Shown: positions 57,280-64,000 of the stretch, in pieces | Layout: each line of letters starts with the position of its first letter | Numbering within the stretch: the stretch's first letter is position 1 | NCBI RefSeq assembly: GCF_009914755.1 | Contig: NC_060928.1 | Source: the human T2T-CHM13v2.0 reference genome, Homo sapiens | Length of the DNA: 64,000 nt | Direction: 5' to 3' (one strand) | Position numbers and translations under genes: made by a program | Notes under the pieces: model-generated | Seen by the model: only the letters and a program-made list of their open reading frames with translations | Told to the model about the DNA's origin: nothing | Database searches by the model: none

Positions 57280-60200
57280 TATTTTAAGTCTTTCAGTTCG
57301 GGTTTGTTTGATGCTTTCTTAGTATTTGATTGAGATTATTATTTTTGGCATGAATGTCACAAAAGTAAGGATTCTCTAATTTCATCATATCTGACAGCAT
57401 ATATAATGTCGCTATGTCTTGTTATTTATGTTAAACTAAATCATTTGTAGAAGGTGGTGTTTGCTAAAGTTTCCCACCATAAACATTTTCCTTTAGCAAC
57501 TAGTAAATATCTTTGTGGAGGTACTAAAAGATTACACAAATATCTTAGTTTCTCTTCGGTGTTTATCCACTAATTTTAGCATCCATTATCAAACCTTGAC
57601 AATGCAACAATTATTACTGTGCTATTTTAAAAGCACAGTAATAATTGTTGCATTGTCAAGATTTTCCAATTTCTTGCATTCTTTCTGCATTTATTAGTTT
57701 GAATTCTTCTGTAAAAAAGCTATCTCTTCTCCCATATATGTTTTTCCACTAATTATTTATATTTAAAGGGATATGTTATCTTAATGCATTATAATAATAT
57801 TATTTATCTTATTGCTCAAATTGTTGCAGTTTTGGGCATTGGGGAATCTGTTAGATTAACACCCTGAGTTTTTTAACATGACTCACACTTTTTAAAAATA
57901 AACTTATAATTTTAGTACAATTTTTAATTTGTAGGAAAATTATGTAGGTACAACATTTTTCCCATTACTAACCTCTTACTTAACTGTGGGTAAATGTGTT
58001 ACAATGAATGAATCAATATTGATACATTTTATTATTAACTAAGTATATACTGTGTTAAGTTTTTTCTTAATGTCCTTTTTCTGTCCCAGAGTCCTACTGA
58101 GGGGAATGCGTTATATTTAGTAGGCATGAATCCTTAGGCTTCTGGTGGCTGTGATCCTGACTGTTTGAAGGAATCCTGGTCAGGTTTTTTTAAATGTCCC
58201 TTTTTTGAAATTTGTATGATTTTATTTTTCTCATGATTAGGACTGTGTTTGGAAGTTTTGGGAGGAAGAACACAGAGGTAAAGTGCCATCTTACCATATC
58301 AAGGGTACCAACTATCAATGTGACTTTTCACTGTTGCTGTTAACCTTGATCACTTGGCTGATTGTGTTTGTCCGATCCGCCCATGCCAAAGTCACTCTTC
58401 CTTCACCCCCCTTTCCAAATTGTACTTTTTGGAGAGAATTTACTGTAAACAATCCACACTTAAAGAGTTGGGAGTTATATTCCACCTTCTTGAGAGAGGA
58501 TCATTTACATAAGTTCCTTGGAATGCACAGATGTTTCATGTCTTCCTTCTTTATTCAATCATTCACTTTTATCAGTAAAGAGTAAGAAACTCTTGAATAT
58601 TTATTTTATATTTTGCTTTATAATCTAATACTACTTTATTTTATTGCTCAAGTTGTTCCTGCTTTGGCCAGTGGCAGTTCTTTCAGTTGACTCCTGTATG
58701 CCTTTGACATACTCCCGTCACTGTGTGTTGTGTGCGTGTGTGTGTTTGAGCACTTCCTTGCTTTCTGACACTCCAAGATGTTTCACATGCATCATCTTCT
58801 ACATTTCTTTTCCAGTTCTAGAATCAGCTGTTTCTCCAGAGTGCCTACCAAATGCATTCTCTTGCCTGTGTCCTTCACAGCTTTCTCTGGGGGTATAGCT
58901 TTCCTCTTCCCCCTATGCGAGACTGGAAGGCTGCAGGGTCTCGGAGTCAGAGAAATGTTCTTTCCTCAGGCGGGATTAGGCTCTGGTAGAACATCTTTCT
59001 CTGCGGGTAGGTCTTTGTTATAAAGAATGTTCTGGAGTATCTCACAGGGGTTATTCTTTCCCTCTCTTTGTCAGAGCCACACGGGGATCTTTTCTGCTTT
59101 TCACTGTAAGAACCTGGCACAGTTTCTAGAAGTAAAACCTATGAAATTGGGTTCTCCAACACTGCAGACCCCAGTAATTTCTCATTCTCATACCAGTCCA
59201 CACTCAGCTTCTAACAATGTGGGTGTTTCTCCCTGTTTACTGCTCTGGCAGCATCTGCACCAGGTAAGCAGGTCTTAGTCCATGTGACTATGGATTTGCC
59301 TATTTCTCCAGATTTCAGATTGGTTGTTTGCCCTACAACCTCGATTTTCTCAAAAAAAAATCATTGATTTTTCTTTTGCTAAGGTTTTCCTTATTGCGAG
59401 AGCAAGAGTGATGACTTCAAAGCTGTTTAAATGCTGGCCCAAATCCAAGGGTACTGATTCACCTTTTATTGGGCACTCTTTGATTTTTGCCTTTGCAAAT
59501 GTGGTTGCATCCATATTGTAATTTTTTCATGTTGGTTATTTTAATTTTCAACTTTAAAATTTTTATTTCAGACTTTTTAAATAGGTGCTGTTAATCTATT
59601 TGCATTCCATGTTTGTTAAGTCATTGTGATCATTTATTTCTAAGTTATCACATATACTTCAATTCCTTGAACATATATATAATAGTTGAATAAAATGTTT
59701 CCTGTTAGACCTAACTTAGCCCAATTTGCATCAGTTTGTACTGATAATATTTTATCCTGATTATTGGTCATATTTTTTGAATGTTTCTAGGATTTTTTGT
59801 TTTTGGAAAATGGATATTTTATGTTTTATAGTACATATTTTAGTAATACCTGATTCTGATTGTTTTACCCCATGATTTAGCTGAATCTGTCTCAGTGTGA
59901 GCAGCCACTATGACTCTCCACAGTTTTGCTAAATCCTATTTTTATTTTTTAGCCTGACTGAGATCTTTTGTGTCACTGCATAGCTTAGTGGTCAGCTAAT
60001 AATTTGGGAAGGGGTTCTACTCAAATACTTCAATTCTATAAAGCATGTACCCTTTGCTGGTGTATTTATGTGTAGTTTGGGGAGTGCATTCAAAGTTCAG
60101 CCAGTTTTTAAGTCCGCCTTGACTTATACTTTCATCCAGGACTTCACAGTTCCTCTCTCTAGATGCATAAAGTTTTCTAGTCAGAAAGAGCTATTGGCAG

Positions 60201-60690
60201 CTTATCTTAGCCCTGCTATGGCTCTCTTATTTCCAGGATCTCTGTTAAAATTTTGACTGGACCACTATTTGCCTCCTCACACCAGCAGAGTGGTGTGTTT
60301 TCCACATTTATTTCCTATTGCATTTGCTTCTTGCTTAAAAATTACATCAGCCATTCATTTTGCCCTGTCTCCAGAATCATGTCTACACTGCAGTTCAGAA
60401 GCTGTTGGTTTTCCTCCTAAGTCCTGCTCTAATAAAACATCCACTCTGAATGAGCTGTAATGACTAAAATGGTAGCAGCCATGAGCAAAAAGGCCTACTG
60501 CCTTCTCTTTATCTCCAAAACTTTTATCAATTTTTCATGAATAAATGCTACTCCATGACTTACTTTGTCTTTCATCAATTTCTAGAACCCTGAGGAATGG
60601 TTGTTTTTGATAATTTTCTTCTATTTATTCAATTTCATGCTTGGTATTTGGAGAGAGAATTCTCAGTCTCTTCATACGTTTCTATGTGTT
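57280..60690 (-). mobile_element. Ancient L1M fragments (3' UTRs and a 5' region)
   Basis: Degenerate L1MC/MD/ME-type motifs (aatcaatattgatacatt, ttgggaggaagaacacagaggtaaagtgcc, gggagtgcattcaaagttcag). Confidence 0.6.
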
Positions 60691-60826
60691 GCAATAGCCC
60701 GAAGTTACCGCCTAGTTATCTGTTTTTGGGTATTAAATCTGACTGGAAACCCTGAACATGAGGATAGAAATGGTAAACTGCTGCCTTCCTTGCAGAGTTT
60801 TCTATCTGGGCATTGATTTTTCTTAC

Positions 60827-60937
60827 CGAACTAGTCAGATTCCTCAAGAAGGCCCATGCAATTTCCTCTGGAGAGTGAACTAGAAGAAGATAACTTTGAT
60901 GATTTTGCATCCAGAGTATAATGTGTAAATACTCTTC
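60827..60937 (-). pseudogene. ZPAX copy C last ZP-C exon relic
   Basis: VFTHYTLDAKSSKLSSSSSLSRGNC ~ VYVHCSVAACS..IPCRGQC (remembered). Two Cys are lost by single changes (TAT, TCC); phase-1 donor TCG|gtaaga. Confidence 0.6.
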
Positions 60938-61414
60938 CTGTCTTTAATTTGGTATTCTTTAGCTCACATATGACTATTGCTTTCTAGTTTACGGGCACAA
61001 ACTTGGAAATTTTTTAGCAAAAATTGGGAATGAAATAGATTTTAAAAAATTCTAAATGTATGCCGATGTTGAAGGCATTAAAAGAGCAGATATTATCTAC
61101 TCAGGTCTAGAAAATATGCTGGATGATAACACACCACTGTGTAATGCGAAATTCCTCAAAGATAAATAAATCTGATGTCATATTATTATTAAATTTATGT
61201 TAATACATGAAGTCAACTAAAATACATTATGTAATATGTAAAATTCAGATGATAAGCTTTCTATAGAATTACACTAAATAAATTTTTGAAGATAATCTTT
61301 AGCCAACTTAAAACTGAATAAAGGATAAGAAATTTAAGATAGGGAAATTGTTGAACAATCGTTTTGGGAAGCTTCTTATACTCAAGCCTCAAATTAAGAA
61401 ACTTATGTAAAAAC

Positions 61415-62051
<637 letters not shown>

Positions 62052-62052
<1 letters not shown>

Positions 62053-62300
62053 AAACCTAATTGCATGATCTGTGGTCAGACGTCTTGGTCTAAGCCATTC
62101 TGTAACCCAATTTCTTCATTTCATGGTATCATGACATCAGTTGCATTAACTTCATTTCACATTTCTTAAGGAATCTTTGCCAGATTTACTGGTCATAAAA
62201 TAGTTTCATGTTCTGTTCTACTTATTCCTTGCAAATATTGCTAAAATAGTTTTACTTTTAGAACACCCTGCTGGGAAAAATAACAAAGTATCTCTGACAA
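62052..62300 (-). pseudogene. ZPAX copy C first ZP-C exon relic plus preceding short exon
   Basis: SRVF*K ~ SRVFK; EMKLMQ ~ EVELMQ; RNWVT ~ NCWVT; the 3' end abuts an Alu tail at 62050. Confidence 0.55.
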
Positions 62301-63249
62301 AACCAGAAAGCAGCAGAATGACAGCATGGAGTAATAGTAAGTAACTATGCTCCAGAGTAGGAGTATTTCAAACCCTGGTTTCACATTCTGGCCTGACACT
62401 TACTGTCAGGGTACCTTAGATTTTGTGGTATTTCTCATGTTCTATCTTTACAAACGAATGCAGGACCTAGTATAATAGGCATTCCAAAATTAATGCATTA
62501 AAAAAATGGAGATTATGTAACTACTTTATGCCTATCTTCACTCGTAGACAGAAAATAAAATATTATATATTATTTTATATAATAAGTTATTATTAAACTG
62601 AAACACACACACACACAGGAACTGGCAATGTCCAGACTGGAGTATGTCTTCATTAAATGTTAGATGCTATTATTTGTTTAAGTGTTTGCATTGTTATTAA
62701 AAAACCTAAGAAGTTATTTTCTCCAGCATTAAAATTCACATCAATATGTCTTTTAAATTTAGAAATACTATGAAATAGTCATTTGGAGCTGCTTTGAATA
62801 TACCTCTTTCCTTTAATCATGCTTTATCTTGCACCCATGCCTGTTTCTTTTAATAAATTGTGCTTATAAAGGTACATATAGTGTATAATTCAATAAAAAC
62901 AAGCATAGAAAAATTATAATGACATGCAGAAAAAGGTTAATAATAGTTGTGTGTAAGGGGATTCTGGGTGTTTTCATAAAAAATTATTGCACTGAAATTT
63001 TTCAAAATGTTTGTGATGATCAATTGTTACTTTTATAATCAGCAGAAACTATGTATAAAGTAGTAATACAGAATTGTTTATACACTATAAGGAAATGTAA
63101 AAATATGTAAAGCAAATACACCAAATATTAACAATTTGAAACATGAATTAAAGACCTACAGATAATTTTGCTTCTAACATTCTGCAATTTCTAGTATGAT
63201 TTGATATTTCCTTCATAATAAAAAAAAACTTAGCTTTAAAAAGCAACAT

Positions 63250-63625
63250 GTAGGAATTTTATATAAAGTGATTAGGTAAGTGAGAGGACTTCAGATGGAC
63301 AGAATGATATGACAGTTTGTTATATTTAGAAAAAGAGGAATTTGGAGGTAAAAAAAAAAGTAAGAAAGGAGAGGTTGTGGAAAGCAGGAATGGATGGTTT
63401 TACAAAGAATCTTTGAGACAACTAAAGGTAGCTGAGGAAACACATTAAGAGCCTTCTTCTTGTATTCATATTGGCATAGACAAATTTAATGAGAGTAAAT
63501 GGGTTGAGTTAGGTCAGTTTCCTGGATTGTCTTTTTGTTTGCAGTTATTACAGACACGTTTAGGATAATATATTATCAATATTGGTCTTGGGGAGGGCAT
63601 TTTTAAAGAATGATCATTAAAAGGC
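63250..63625 (-). pseudogene. ZPAX copy C ZP-N exon relics
   Basis: IIYYP/NVSVITANKKTIQETDLTQ..IC..EYKKKA ~ IMCHPDGTIMISAQMKTVPAIDMSK..SC..EYNKGHA (remembered); cut by the Alu at ~63625. Confidence 0.6.
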
Positions 63626-63950
63626 CAGAATACACAGGGCACATTGGCTTATGTCTGCAATCCCAGCATTTTGAGAAACCAAGGTGGGTGGATCACTTGA
63701 GGTTCAGGAGATTGAGACCAGCCTGACCAACATGGTGAAACCCCATCTCTACCAAAAAATGCAAAAATTAGCTGGGAGTGGTGGCACATGCTTGTAGTTC
63801 TAGCTAATCTGGAGACTGAGGTGGGAGAATCACTTGAACCCGGGAGGAGGAGGTTGTAGTGAGCCGAGATTGTACCACACTGCACTCCAGCCTGGGTGAC
63901 AGATTGGTATCCTGTCTAAAACAAACAAACAACAACAACAAAAAAAAAAC
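63625..63950 (+). mobile_element. AluS
   Basis: Complete dimeric Alu with (caaa)/(caa) tail. Confidence 0.88.
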
Positions 63951-64000
63951 CAGCTAGCATCCAAGATCTATAAACTTTACAAAAACATAGAAAATTTTCT

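Noticed and set aside
60840-61168. Plus-strand protein-looking frames (PMQFPLESELEEDNFDDF; GHKLGNFLAKIGNE..MYADVEGIKRADII)
   Set aside because: One has an in-frame stop, neither has a good donor, and both are the antisense of copy C exon relics, which explains their coding-like composition.

Overview
AT-rich, repeat-dense primate genomic DNA, almost certainly human or hominid (AluY, L1PA2/L1PA3, MER41A). I found no intact cellular protein-coding gene; the long ORFs are all L1-derived. The short unique islands between repeats hold heavily decayed exons (stops, frameshifts, many splice sites surviving). By eye these match zona pellucida AX (ZPAX) egg-coat proteins of birds and fish, in the correct exon order. 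They form three separate relics: copy A (+, ~2.1-32.4 kb), copy B (-, ~55.1 down to ~39.5 kb, convergent with A) and the 3' half of copy C (-, from the right edge down to ~60.8 kb). This fits the ZPAX pseudogene locus I recall at human 2p24, but suggests a fossil three-gene cluster rather than one pseudogene. All ZPAX comparisons use remembered sequences, not computed alignments, and need tblastn/GeneWise confirmation. Other signals: two inverted L1s sharing four non-consensus variants (probable gene conversion), an L1 and a MER20 inside fossil exons, a templated insertion flanked by an inverted duplication, and a 69-bp tandem duplication.
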